Positions 38,154-48,280 are shown, numbered from the stretch's first letter. The stretch is 64,000 nt of DNA from Candidatus Binatia bacterium (GCA_963666515.2 OY762897.2:1760001-1824000), one strand, 5' to 3'. Translations and numbers: made by a program. The notes: a model not told the origin generated them from the letters alone.

Positions 38154-40071
38154 GCTAGTGTTGATACGCGGGAAATCCTGGTGGACGAGAGTGGCAGGCC
38201 AGACGATGAGCATGAGCCTACAGCCATCAATCGGCTCGTCCGCCGAGTCCTGCACGTTTTCTCACGCGCAGCCTATGTCGGATATACGGCGACCCCCTTC
38301 GCAAACATCTTCATACACGAACAGGCATCCACTCGTAACGAGGGTGCCGACCTCTTCCCCGCCGCCTTTGTCATCAACCTTGCAGCCCCCTCCAACTACA
38401 TCGGTCCGTCAAAAGTGTTCGGCGCTCGCACGGAGTTGGATCGCAGCGACGCACTGCCGTTGGTACGACTCGTGGCGGATTTCGATGGATGGATGCCCAC
38501 CAAACACAAGAACGGCCATGTCCCACTATACGAAGGCAGAAGCGAGTTGCCCCCATCGCTGAACGAGGCCATCGACTCCTTCATCCTCGCCTGTGCCTTG
38601 CGGCGACTGCGTGGACAGGAAACGGCGCACTGCTCGATGCTCGTCCATGTTACCCGCTACACTTCCGTCCAGGCACTTGTTCATGCCCAGGTAGAAGAGC
38701 GTGTCCACCATATACACCAGAGACTGTATCGCAGAACGGGAGGACACGAGGCGATCCTTTCGTCCTTGCGGTCACTCTGGGAGCAGGATTTCGCCCCGAC
38801 CACGGCGGCCATGGCCAAGTTAATGCCTGATGAGTTGGCCCATGGCACAACGACCTGGGAGCATATCGAGCCACACTTGGTGGAGACAGTTGCCGACATC
38901 CAGGTACGTATGATCAATGGTACTGCCAAGGATGCACTGGACTACGCCGAGAATCAGGAGACCGGGCTGAAGGTCATCGCCATCGGCGGCGACAAGCTGG
39001 CACGCGGACTCACCCTGGAAGGGTTAACCGTAAGCTACTTCCTGCGCGCCACGAAGATGTACGACACACTGATGCAAATGGGACGTTGGTTCGGCTACCG
39101 GCCTGGTTATTTGGATCTTGGCCGCCTCTATACGACAGGCGAGCTGGTCGATTGGTTCGAGCACATCGCCGACGCTTCAGAAGAGTTGCGAGAGGAATTC
39201 GATTTCATGGCAGCGAGCGGTGCCACGCCACGCGAGTACGGTCTCAAGGTCCAGTCACATCCAGTACTGATGGTGACTTCCAGCATCAAGATGCGGACCG
39301 CCCGTGAGCTCGAATTGTCGTTCAGCGGCGGCCTTTCTGAAACCGTCAACTTCCACCGTGAGGCTTCAATTCTGCGCCAAAATCTTGACACGGCGCGGCG
39401 CTTCTTCTCAACGCTCAACACGCCGGAACGCAACCCCAGGCGTCGTCGCAACGGCGCGGAGCACGCATGGCGTGGGCTTCTATGGACAGATGTTCCCGTC
39501 GACAATGTGCTCAGTTTCTTGGAGGACTACCGCAGCCATCCAGAAGCCAGAAAGGCAAACGGCTTGCTGCTAGCCCAATTCATTCGTTCTCTTGTCGCAC
39601 GGAAGGAACTGACACGCTGGACCGTAGCTCTGATCGGCGGCGGCGAGGGCAAGACCATTTCGCTCGGTGAAGAAGTCTCCGTCGAGATGTTGCAGCGCGC
39701 TGCCCACGGACAGCACCTGGATCGCTACTCCATTCGGCGTCTCATGTCTCCGCGTGACGAAACGATCGACCTCGACGAGACGGCATGGTTGGCTGCGCTT
39801 GACGAAACGCGTCAGGCCTTTCACGCCGATCCCGCCCGCAACGGAACACGAGAGGAGCCAACCGTCCCTAATGGCCCGGCGATCCGGAAGATTCGCCCCA
39901 AGGAGCGGGGCGTTCTGTTCGTCTATGCCATCGATCCGGCTCTCGCCGGTCCTAATGCTGGTTTACCCGCAGATTCGCCGCCCGTCATCGGTTGGGCTGT
40001 CAGCTTCCCTGCAAGCAATTCTGGCGTGCGCGTGAAGTATCGCGTCAACAACATCTACTGGGACCAGGAAT

Positions 40072-41087
40072 ATGGCGGCGCGAACTGACATGGATGACCT
40101 GGACGCGGCATGGCGCGCCCTCCTCGGCAGTTCGGAGGGCGAAGGTGGAAAACTATTCCAATCACCAGCAGCGGGCCGTGCTCTTTGCTTGCCGGCCGGC
40201 ACTTCCCTGGCGACAAGGAAGCCCTGCTCGTCGGCTTCAGCGATATCCGGGCGATTCCGGAATCCCACCTGCCGCAAGGGAACGGCTTCGAGGTCGCTTG
40301 TCTCACCACCGACCCTACAGGAGGTGATCATTTATGGGTGGCGCTTGCCCGCAGGACAGACGGAAGCCGGGAAATCTTCGCGATGATGGCGAAGGACCTG
40401 CTTGCACTGCTTGATAAAGGGGCACCCAGCGAGCAGGGCATGCTTCGCGGGTTCCTGTCACGTGTCCGTGCTTGGCAGGAATTCATGGACCGACACAGGG
40501 AGGGGGTACTCTCTCCCGACGCAGAACTCGGCCTGTTTGGCGAACTGATCGTAATCGACCGCTTTATTGATGCAGGGATACCGGAGAAACACGTCATAGA
40601 CGCTTGGCAGGGACCGCTCGACGGACTGCAGGATTTTTCGCTGGGCGGTGGTGGTATCGAGGTAAAGAGCACGTTATCAGCGAGAGGATTCGTCGCGACC
40701 ATTTCCTCCCTCGAACAGCTCGACGACAGCCTGTGCCAGCCACTATTCCTCGCGGCGGTGCGAATCCGCCTCGACACGACAGGCCTTACCCTGCCTGCAA
40801 TGTCCAACGCGATCCGAGAAAGGCTGCGAGACAACGTGGCGACACTCGACCTTTTTGAGGCACGCCTTATGCAAGCAGGGTTCCTGCGTGCCGCAACGGA
40901 GCGCTACACGCGACAATTTCGTCACGTTTCCACTGCTTTCCTTGCCGTGGACGACAATTTTCCGCGCCTCACGCGAGCAAACGTCGATCCCGCGATTAGG
41001 CGGGCTCGCTATGAGGTCAATCTTGAGATGGCCGGAGCGCCCGATGTCGGTCTTGCACATGCGCTTGAAGCTTTGGGGATGATCTGA
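40072..41087 (+). pseudogene. mzaD: DUF4420 PD-(D/E)XK motif protein of the Mza system, 1-nt frameshift near 40146
   Basis: MAARTDMDDLDAAWRALLGSSEGEG continues as WKTIPIT in another frame (GAAGGTGG, one base short); ELGLFGEL, WQGP...QDF...IEVKST, ISSLEQLD. Confidence 0.8.
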
Positions 41088-42878
41088 ATGGAATTGAACG
41101 AATTTCTACTACAAACGCGGGCTGAGGTGAAAGAGGCCATTGCAGACCGCCTCCCTGTACCGAACAGCCCCTATCCTTACGAGGAAACAATCTTCACCGA
41201 GGTGGTCATGGAGCACATGTCCCAGATCGGCATGACCTTCGAACCGGAGCCGTGCCACTACTCGGCCACCGTTGGCAATGCACGGCTGCGCCTCAGCGGT
41301 TACGCGGTCTCCGAGGACGCCGATCAGCTTGACCTGTTCGTGAGTCTTTACGAGGGCGTCGAGAGTGTTACCTCGATCCCCGATTCGGAGACAAAAACTG
41401 CTGCCGCTCAGTGCCTGCGTTTCCTGAAGCGCTGCGCAGAGGGGCGGCTCGCCGGAACCATGGATCAATCCAACGACGCCTATCCCGTCGTGCACACCAT
41501 CCAGGATGTCTATCCGCAACTCGATCAGATCCGCATCTATGTACTGACCGACCGCCAAGCCAAAGCAAAAAACTTCAAGACCCGAGAGGTACACGACAAG
41601 ACCGTCAAGCTGGAGGTCATGGACATTGAGCGCCTCTGCCGGCACTGGTCAGAAGGAAAGCCACGAGACGAACTCATAATCAATTTTCAGGAAGTATCGG
41701 GCGGCGCACTTCCCTGCGTCTATGTGCCCGGCGAGACGGCTGACTACGACTACGCCCTGACCGCCATTCCCGGCGAGGCCCTGCGTTTCATCTACGAGAA
41801 GTACGGCGCACGATTGCTGGAGGCCAATGTCCGCTCCTTCCTCAGTGCCAGCGGGAAGGTGAATAAGGGTATCAGCGAGACACTGCGAAGGGCACCCGAC
41901 CGCTTCATGGCTTACAACAACGGCATCGTCCTCGTCGCGGACGAAATGCGCATGGGGTCGGCCGAAAACGGCGCACCAGGCATCCTCTGGCTCAAGGGCA
42001 TGAACATCGTCAATGGCGGCCAAACCACGGCGTCGCTCTATTTCACAAAAAAGAGGGTTCCAGATACGGACCTCCGCCGTGTCCGGGTTCCGGCCAAGAT
42101 CATCGTGTTGCACTCCGATGATCCTGCAGGAGAAGAGGGCCTGATCTCCGACATATCGAAATACGCCAACAGTCAAAACTCGGTGCGATTATCTGATCTG
42201 TCGGCAAACAGGCCCTTTCATATCGAAGTCGAGAAGCTTTCTCTCACCGTCTATTGTCCAGATGGCGTGGGACGATGGTTTTACGAACGGGCTGCTGGCA
42301 GCTACAAGACCATGTTAACGCGCGAGGGCACGACCCCGGCAAAGCTTCGCAAATTGAAAGCCGACCTTCCCTCATCTCGCAAGATCATCAAGACGGATTT
42401 GGCCAAATTTCTCAATGCCTGGGAACGCAAACCCCACTATGTCAGCCTGGGCGCACAGAAAAATTTTGAGCGCTTCATGGATGATTTCGCGGCTGGGGAT
42501 GCACAACAAGAGAGACCACTGCCAAGTGTTACCGACTGGAAGCACATGGTTGCCAAGGCGATCATCTTCAAGACAGCACACAAACTGATCCGCCCCATGT
42601 TCCCGGCCTTCCAGGCCAACGTTACCGCCTATACCGTATCCGTCCTGTCCGAGCGCATCGGTGACAAGCTGGACCTCGACAGGGTGTGGCAACGCCAAGC
42701 TATTTCAGAACGGCTCCAAGAACAAATCCAGGTGTGGGCGAGAGAAGTGAACGACACGCTTCACCGCAACGCCGAAGGGCGGATGATTTCCGAATGGGCC
42801 AAGAAGGCTGAATGCTGGCAGGCCGTGCGCACAAGCCTCCTTTCCAAACCGTTGGCCAGCATACCCGAACTGGCTTGA
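41088..42878 (+). CDS. mzaE: AIPR family protein of the Mza system
   Basis: LLEANVRSFL, FMAYNNGI, IVNGGQTTASL, ISKYANSQN. Confidence 0.9.
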   Translation: MELNEFLLQTRAEVKEAIADRLPVPNSPYPYEETIFTEVVMEHMSQIGMTFEPEPCHYSATVGNARLRLSGYAVSEDADQLDLFVSLYEGVESVTSIPDSETKTAAAQCLRFLKRCAEGRLAGTMDQSNDAYPVVHTIQDVYPQLDQIRIYVLTDRQAKAKNFKTREVHDKTVKLEVMDIERLCRHWSEGKPRDELIINFQEVSGGALPCVYVPGETADYDYALTAIPGEALRFIYEKYGARLLEANVRSFLSASGKVNKGISETLRRAPDRFMAYNNGIVLVADEMRMGSAENGAPGILWLKGMNIVNGGQTTASLYFTKKRVPDTDLRRVRVPAKIIVLHSDDPAGEEGLISDISKYANSQNSVRLSDLSANRPFHIEVEKLSLTVYCPDGVGRWFYERAAGSYKTMLTREGTTPAKLRKLKADLPSSRKIIKTDLAKFLNAWERKPHYVSLGAQKNFERFMDDFAAGDAQQERPLPSVTDWKHMVAKAIIFKTAHKLIRPMFPAFQANVTAYTVSVLSERIGDKLDLDRVWQRQAISERLQEQIQVWAREVNDTLHRNAEGRMISEWAKKAECWQAVRTSLLSKPLASIPELA

Positions 42879-42959
42879 GGTCGCTGGACTTGGCCAAGCC
42901 AAGGGAAAGATGCGTTTCTCCTATGAACCTTGGCCGTACATGACCGGAGAGGCGACGAC

Positions 42960-43394
42960 ATGACAGGCATCCCCTCCCGAGCACCGCGCAGGCACAAAGG
43001 CGATATCATGTCGCCCGAGAAGCGCAGCGCAGTCATGGCACGCATCAAGGGAAAGGATACCGGCCCTGAACGGAAACTGGCAGCCACCCTTGCGGACCTG
43101 GGGTTTTCATGGGAAAGCCATGTACAGGATCTCCCCGGAAGACCAGACTTCGTGTTCCGGCAAAAAAGAATCGCGGTCTTCGTGGACGGCGATTTCTGGC
43201 ACGGCTGGCGATTCCCGCAGTGGCGCCATAAACTCTCGGAGAAGTGGGCGGCGAAAATCGAAGCCAATCGCCACCGGGACAACAGGAATCATCGCCGTCT
43301 GCGACGTATGGGATGGAAGGTGATCCGTCTTTGGGAGCACCAGTTGGCAGCGGACATCAACGGCTGCACAGCCAAAGTGTCACGCCACCTCTGA
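42960..43394 (+). CDS. vsr: Very short patch repair endonuclease
   Basis: DIMSPEKRSAVMARIKGKDTGPE, LPGRPDF, FVDGDFWHG, GWKVIRLWEH. Confidence 0.92.
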   Translation: MTGIPSRAPRRHKGDIMSPEKRSAVMARIKGKDTGPERKLAATLADLGFSWESHVQDLPGRPDFVFRQKRIAVFVDGDFWHGWRFPQWRHKLSEKWAAKIEANRHRDNRNHRRLRRMGWKVIRLWEHQLAADINGCTAKVSRHL

Positions 43395-43455
43395 GAATGG
43401 CTGCGGTCTCGTTTACTGCTTGGCGACAGGACCATAACCCTGTTAAGGATCAGTT

Positions 43456-44439
43456 ATGGGGCCGAGAGTACTAGATCTTTTCTGCGGCGGCGGTGGGAGC
43501 AGCTGGGGTGCACAGAAAGCCGATGCCGAGATCGTCTGCGCCGTCGACGCTTGGCCCGTCGCCGCTGAAACATACAGGGCCAACTTCCCCCGAGCCCGGG
43601 TTATCAACGCCACTCTTGACGAGAGTTCCTGCTCCGCCCTTCTCGGGGATGTCGGCCCTATCGACATGATCCTGGCCTCCCCCGAGTGCACGAACCACAC
43701 CTGCGCCAAAGGCAGCCGCCCCCGCGACGAGGACAGCAAGCGGACTGCAACCTATGTGATCAGTTTCGCCAAGAAACTGAAGCCGCGTTGGATTGTTCTT
43801 GAGAACGTAGTGCAAATGCGCAACTGGCGCGGTTACACTCCCATGATCAGCAGCCTGGAGGGCCTGGGATACAACGTCCGTCCGCAAACCCTTGATGCCG
43901 TTGACTTCGGCGTTCCACAGACTCGTCGACGCCTTTTCCTCCTTTGCGACTCCGAGGCCATACCCGGTGGAGTAGACAGACCTGCCGGCGAATACCTCTC
44001 AAAGCGCAGGGCGGCGGACGTGATACAATTTGACGGCCCATGGCCATCTCGTCCCCTGTACTCCCGACGGCGTGCCTCGGCGACTCTGGCGAGAGCAGAA
44101 CGTGCGATGGAAGAGCTTGGCAGGGGAGAACCCTTTCTCATCGTCTATTATGGCTCCGATGGGAGCGGCGGTTGGCAGTCGCTCGAACGTCCGCTGAGAA
44201 CTCTTACCACCCTTGACCGCTTTGGCCTCGTGACGTGGAAGCATTGTACTCCGATGCTGCGCATGCTTCAGGTGCCAGAACTCAAGCGTGCCATGGGATT
44301 CGAGAGGGGTTACAGCCTGCCGCATGGATCGAGGCGTGACCGTGTCAAGATCTTGGGGAATGGCGTCTGCCCGCCAGTCATGGAAGCCGTTGTCCGCTCT
44401 CTCCTTTGGCCGCTCATGCGGCATCAACCCGCAACGTGA
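43456..44439 (+). CDS. DNA (cytosine-5)-methyltransferase
   Basis: LDLFCGGGG (motif I), SPEC (IV), LENV (VI), GVPQTRRR (VIII), LGNGV (X). Confidence 0.92.
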   Translation: MGPRVLDLFCGGGGSSWGAQKADAEIVCAVDAWPVAAETYRANFPRARVINATLDESSCSALLGDVGPIDMILASPECTNHTCAKGSRPRDEDSKRTATYVISFAKKLKPRWIVLENVVQMRNWRGYTPMISSLEGLGYNVRPQTLDAVDFGVPQTRRRLFLLCDSEAIPGGVDRPAGEYLSKRRAADVIQFDGPWPSRPLYSRRRASATLARAERAMEELGRGEPFLIVYYGSDGSGGWQSLERPLRTLTTLDRFGLVTWKHCTPMLRMLQVPELKRAMGFERGYSLPHGSRRDRVKILGNGVCPPVMEAVVRSLLWPLMRHQPAT

Positions 44440-44580
44440 CAGTCAATATCCTTCAGGACCGACCAGCGGGATCTTCCCCGGAATCCTGTATCATTTCGCG
44501 CGCAAGACCCGACTATTCCGGTAATGGCGCGACGCTTCACGTTCGACGAGTCAAACTCACAGCCGTCCCTGACGGTCCGG

Positions 44581-45765
44581 TCAAGCCTCGGCGGTTTTCG
44601 ACTTTGCGGCGGAATGCCAGAGCGTCACCAGGACGGCGAGGAGCAGCATCGGCATGGCGCCGATGTTCACCCAGTTCCAGCCCAGGAAATGGATGAACGC
44701 GCCGGACGACAGCGAACCGATGGCGACCACCGTGTAGATGATCTGGTTCATCATGCCCTGGGTCTTGTTGCGTTCGGCCGGGTTGTAGGCCGTGGTCATC
44801 AGGCTGGTGGCGGCGGTGTAGGTAAAGTTCCAGCCGAGCCCGAGCAACACCATCGCCAGCCAGAAATGGAAAACGTCGATGCTCAACAGGGCGACGCCGA
44901 TACAGGCGCCCTGAAGGCCCAGGCCGGTCATGATGATCGGTATCTCCCCGAACCGCTTGACCAGGGAACCGGTGATGAAGCCGGGCGCGAACATCGACAC
45001 CGAATGCGAGGAGATTACGGTGGCCACGGCGCCGAAAGCGTGGCCGCCGTGGGCGATCATGGCGACCGGCGTCGCCGTCATGAGAAAGTTCATCACGCTC
45101 TGAGCGACCGTCGCGGAGACCGCGGCGACGACGAACACCGGTTGCTTGACGATTTCGAGCAACGGCCTTTGCTCGCCTTCCAATTGCTCCCTGGTCAGGT
45201 TGGGGATGTTGAGGAACATCAGCACCAGCGCCGCCAGCAGCCCGGTTCCCACCATGAACAGGAACGCGCCGGCAAAGAGGTGGCCTGCCAGGAGTCCCTT
45301 TCCCCAGTTCGCCAGATTGGGACCCGCGAACCCGGCGAACACGCCGCCGGCGAGCACAAAGGAAATGGCCTTGGGGCGGAACTCCTTCGAGGCGGCGTCG
45401 GCCACCGCGAACCGGTAGAGCTGGGAAAAGCTGGAGAACAACCCGTACAGGAATCCGCCCAGCAGGAGGAACCAGAAATTCCCGAACAGGACGGCGGAGG
45501 TGCAGGATATGCCGCTGGCCGCGGCCAGGACGGTGCCGCAGAGGAAACCGATCTTCCGCCCGAACCGGCGCGTGAACAGCGAAGTGGGCATGGCGGCCAG
45601 GGCCGCGCCGACCACGATCAGCCCGGTGGGCAAGGTGACGAGCGCCGGATGCGGCGCGATCAGCAGCGCGACGGCCGGGGACGTCACCATGAAGAGGCCG
45701 CGCCCCGTGCCGGAGAGCATCTGACAGGTTCCGAGAACGAGGACGTTTCTATGGTCGGATTGCAT
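44581..45765 (-). CDS. MFS transporter
   Basis: About 12 TM helices; YRFAVADAA...KAISFVLAGG; GLGWNF. Confidence 0.88.
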   Translation of the reverse strand: MQSDHRNVLVLGTCQMLSGTGRGLFMVTSPAVALLIAPHPALVTLPTGLIVVGAALAAMPTSLFTRRFGRKIGFLCGTVLAAASGISCTSAVLFGNFWFLLLGGFLYGLFSSFSQLYRFAVADAASKEFRPKAISFVLAGGVFAGFAGPNLANWGKGLLAGHLFAGAFLFMVGTGLLAALVLMFLNIPNLTREQLEGEQRPLLEIVKQPVFVVAAVSATVAQSVMNFLMTATPVAMIAHGGHAFGAVATVISSHSVSMFAPGFITGSLVKRFGEIPIIMTGLGLQGACIGVALLSIDVFHFWLAMVLLGLGWNFTYTAATSLMTTAYNPAERNKTQGMMNQIIYTVVAIGSLSSGAFIHFLGWNWVNIGAMPMLLLAVLVTLWHSAAKSKTAEA

Positions 45766-45853
45766 GGCTCTCCCTGTCCCGAAAACGCCGTCGTCGTGGG
45801 CGGCGCGCAAGCCGAGGCCCGGCCTCAAATGTTCGTGATGTCAACAAGTCGGG

Positions 45854-45946
45854 TGGCGGAGAGGAGGGGATTCGAACCCCTGGTACCCTTTTGGGGTACA
45901 CACGATTTCCAGTCGTGCACCTTAAGCCAGACTCGGTCACCTCTCC
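45854..45946 (-). tRNA. tRNA-Ser(GGA)
   Basis: Reverse complement GGAGAGGTGACCGAG...CACGACT-GGA-AATCGTG...long variable arm...GGTTCGAATCCCCTCCTCTCCGCCA. Confidence 0.97.
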
Positions 45947-46046
45947 GGGGTGCGCTGGGGACGAGGCGTCCCGGCCGGGACGCGTTGCGCGAAAAACGAT
46001 CCTTCCCTTAGTTTCTAGCATTACGGGGCGAAATTGGCGAGGGCGA

Positions 46047-46069
46047 GGGCGACCGCGGGTCGCCCCTAC
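46047..46069. repeat. GTAG-type REP-like palindrome
   Basis: Minus strand GTAGGGGCGACCCGCGGTCGCCC; same GTAGGGGCG head as the 2217-2283 element. Confidence 0.55.
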
Positions 46070-46119
46070 CGGCGCGCACTGGGACGATACGGTCCCCGGC
46101 ACAGCAGCGGGCCGGCCCG

Positions 46120-47106
46120 TCAGGTCGCGATGTCCCTCGCCCAGTCGCGGTTGCGGCGATACCAGTCCACCAGGGCGGCCACGCCCGTGGTGAAGTCCGT
46201 CTCGGGCTGCCAGCCCAGCAGGCTCCGGGCCCTGGAGATGTCGGCCCAGGTAGCGTCCACGTCCGCGGGGTGCCGGGCTTCGTGCCGGACCGATGCCTTG
46301 CGGCCGACGAGGTCCTCTATCAGACGGATGGCGTCGTTCAGGACGATGGGCTTGTCCGAGCCGAGGTTGATGACCTGGTAGCCGGAGCCCGCCACAAGCG
46401 CGGCCACGACGCCGTTGGCGACGTCGTCGACATAGGTGAAGTCCCGCTGCTGGCTGCCGTCGCCGAAGACCACGACCTCCCGGCCTTCGCTGATCCACTG
46501 GACGAACCGGAACAGGCTCATGTCAGGGCGTCCAGCCGGTCCGTAGACGGTGAAGAAGCGGAACACGGTGACGTCGAAGCCGTGAAGCGCATGGTAGCCG
46601 TGGCTCATGGCCTCGGCGGCCTTCTTTGAGGCGGCGTACGGGGACAGCGGCGTGTCGGTGTCGGCATCCTCCCGGAACGGGCGCGGGTTGTGCCGGCCGT
46701 AAAGGCTGGAGGTGGAGGCCAGCACGAATCGGCCGATGCCCGACTCCCGGCAAAGCTCCAGCAGGTTCAGGTTCCCGGTCACGTTGGCGGCCACGTAGGC
46801 CCACGGGTCGGCCACCGAGCCGCGCACCCCGGCCCGGGCCGCCAGGTTGACCACCGCATCCACCCCGCCCTTCGCCGCCATGGACTGCCCGAAGGACCGC
46901 ACGGCCTCCCGGTCGCTGATGTCCAGCCGGGTGAACGTGAATCCGGACCGCTGCCGGAGCTGGGCCAGGCGCCACTCCTTGAGGCGCACGTCGTAGGCGT
47001 CGTTGAGGTCGTCCACGGCGATGACCGAATCGCCGCGGGCCAGGAGCGTCTCGCACACCTTCCAGCCGATGAAGCCGCAGGCTCCGGTAACGAGGATGGT
47101 TCTCAT
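46120..47106 (-). CDS. NAD-dependent sugar epimerase (UDP-glucuronate 4-epimerase-like)
   Basis: LVTGACGFIG, NLAARAGVR, YAASKK, RFFTVYGPAGRPDM, RDFTYVDD. Confidence 0.9.
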   Translation of the reverse strand: MRTILVTGACGFIGWKVCETLLARGDSVIAVDDLNDAYDVRLKEWRLAQLRQRSGFTFTRLDISDREAVRSFGQSMAAKGGVDAVVNLAARAGVRGSVADPWAYVAANVTGNLNLLELCRESGIGRFVLASTSSLYGRHNPRPFREDADTDTPLSPYAASKKAAEAMSHGYHALHGFDVTVFRFFTVYGPAGRPDMSLFRFVQWISEGREVVVFGDGSQQRDFTYVDDVANGVVAALVAGSGYQVINLGSDKPIVLNDAIRLIEDLVGRKASVRHEARHPADVDATWADISRARSLLGWQPETDFTTGVAALVDWYRRNRDWARDIAT

Positions 47107-47304
47107 GGAACGTGGTCCTGGAGCCGCCGCTGGAAGCGCGGCCGGCAACGCCGTTGCAGCCACCGGCGGCGACCGGGAGGGATGAAGCGCCCTTGAAGTT
47201 TCGCCACGGTATTGTTAGTCGGAACGAGTTTCGGAAGTCAACACCGGCGTCTCCCGGACCGGACGCCGGCCAGTGTCGTGTCCCTCTCCCGTGCCCGCAC
47301 CCGC

Positions 47305-47766
47305 ATGAGAATCCTGCTCCAGAGAGTCGAACGCGCCGAGGTGAGCGTCGATGGCGAAACGGTATCGTCCGTCGGGCCGGGCCTGTGCGTCTTTCTCGGC
47401 GTCGGCAAAGGAGACACCGAGCATGACGGGGCCTTCCTGGCGGACAAGCTCCTGAACCTCCGCATCTTTCCCGACGAGGCCGGCAGGTTCAGCCATTCCG
47501 TCATGGATACCGGGGGCGAGATCCTGGTGGTCTCCCAGTTCACCCTCTACGGCGACACCCGCAAGGGCCGGCGGCCGTCACTGACCGGCGCCGCGGACCC
47601 GGAGGAAGCGGAGAGGCTCTACCGGGACTTCGTGGACCGGCTGACCCGCCCGGGCGGTCCCAGGGTGTGCACGGGCGCCTTCCAGGCCCACATGAAGGTG
47701 TCCTTGGTGAACGACGGTCCGGTGACCTTCTTCATCGACAGCGCGGAACCGCGGAAGAAGCCATGA
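47305..47766 (+). CDS. dtd: D-aminoacyl-tRNA deacylase
   Basis: MRILLQRV, LRIF, VSQFTL, NDGPVT. Confidence 0.95.
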   Translation: MRILLQRVERAEVSVDGETVSSVGPGLCVFLGVGKGDTEHDGAFLADKLLNLRIFPDEAGRFSHSVMDTGGEILVVSQFTLYGDTRKGRRPSLTGAADPEEAERLYRDFVDRLTRPGGPRVCTGAFQAHMKVSLVNDGPVTFFIDSAEPRKKP

Positions 47767-47794
47767 GCCGCCAGTGCCCGGAAACGGTGCGTCC

Positions 47795-48280
47795 ATGAAC
47801 GTCGTGCTTTTCCAGCCGGAGATCCCGCCCAACACGGGCTCGGTGGCGCGGCTGTGCGCGGCCACCCGCACCCGGCTGCACCTGATCGAGCCGCTGGGCT
47901 TCGAGATCGACGACAGGCACCTCAAGCGGGCCGGCCTCGACTACTGGCCCCAAGTGGACCTCCGGGTGCACGGCTCGTGGGAGGAGTTCACCGGGCGCCA
48001 CGCCGGGGCGCGGCTGCTCTACTTCTCCAAGAAAGCGGCAAAACCTTACGTTTCCGCGGAGTTTCGCGACGACGATTTCCTGGTGTTCGGACCCGAGACC
48101 CGGGGCCTGCCGGAAAGCCTCCTCCACGCCAACGAGGCCGACTGTTACGTCATCCCGATGATGACCCCGGCGGTACGGAGCCTGAACCTCGCCAGCGCGG
48201 TCTCCATCGTGCTCTACGAAGGCCTTCGACAGCTCGGAAGGCTCCAAATGGCGCCTTCCGGTCCCGAAAGGTTGGACTGA
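47795..48280 (+). CDS. trmL: tRNA (cytidine/uridine-34-2'-O)-methyltransferase
   Basis: PEIPPNTG, KRAGLDYW, FGPETRGLP, RSLNLA. Confidence 0.93.
   Translation: MNVVLFQPEIPPNTGSVARLCAATRTRLHLIEPLGFEIDDRHLKRAGLDYWPQVDLRVHGSWEEFTGRHAGARLLYFSKKAAKPYVSAEFRDDDFLVFGPETRGLPESLLHANEADCYVIPMMTPAVRSLNLASAVSIVLYEGLRQLGRLQMAPSGPERLD

Larger units (their letters stand above)
36292..38158 (-). mobile_element. 1,867-bp insertion element without terminal inverted repeats, (CG)CTAG at both junctions
   Basis: CGCTAG at 36286-36291 and 38153-38158; excision restores GAC CAC GCT AGT GTT GAT in frame; single large ORF; hairpin-rich ends. Confidence 0.9.
35405..40088 (+). pseudogene. mzaC: Z1-domain SF2-like protein of the Mza system, interrupted by the insertion at 36292-38158
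   Basis: GHVQSGKT, IDDEADHA|SVDT, YVGYTATPFAN, LARGLTLEGL, DTLMQMGRWFGYR. Removing the insert gives a continuous 938-aa ORF. Confidence 0.9.

Noticed and set aside
36292-38158. Classical DDE IS, IS91/IS200-type element, group II intron or intein
   Set aside because: No terminal inverted repeats, HUH motif, RT YADD motif or intein termini. The ORF is antisense to the host gene and the insert length is not a multiple of 3.
31826-42878. Ankyrin-sigma/ATPase/Z1/DUF4420/AIPR operon as a new defence system
   Set aside because: It matches the published Mza architecture; only the vsr/MTase extension and the lesions are noteworthy.
45854-45946. tRNA-Ser as attachment site for the defence island
   Set aside because: An MFS gene lies between them, there is no integrase in the window, and I saw no duplicate of the tRNA 3' end by eye.
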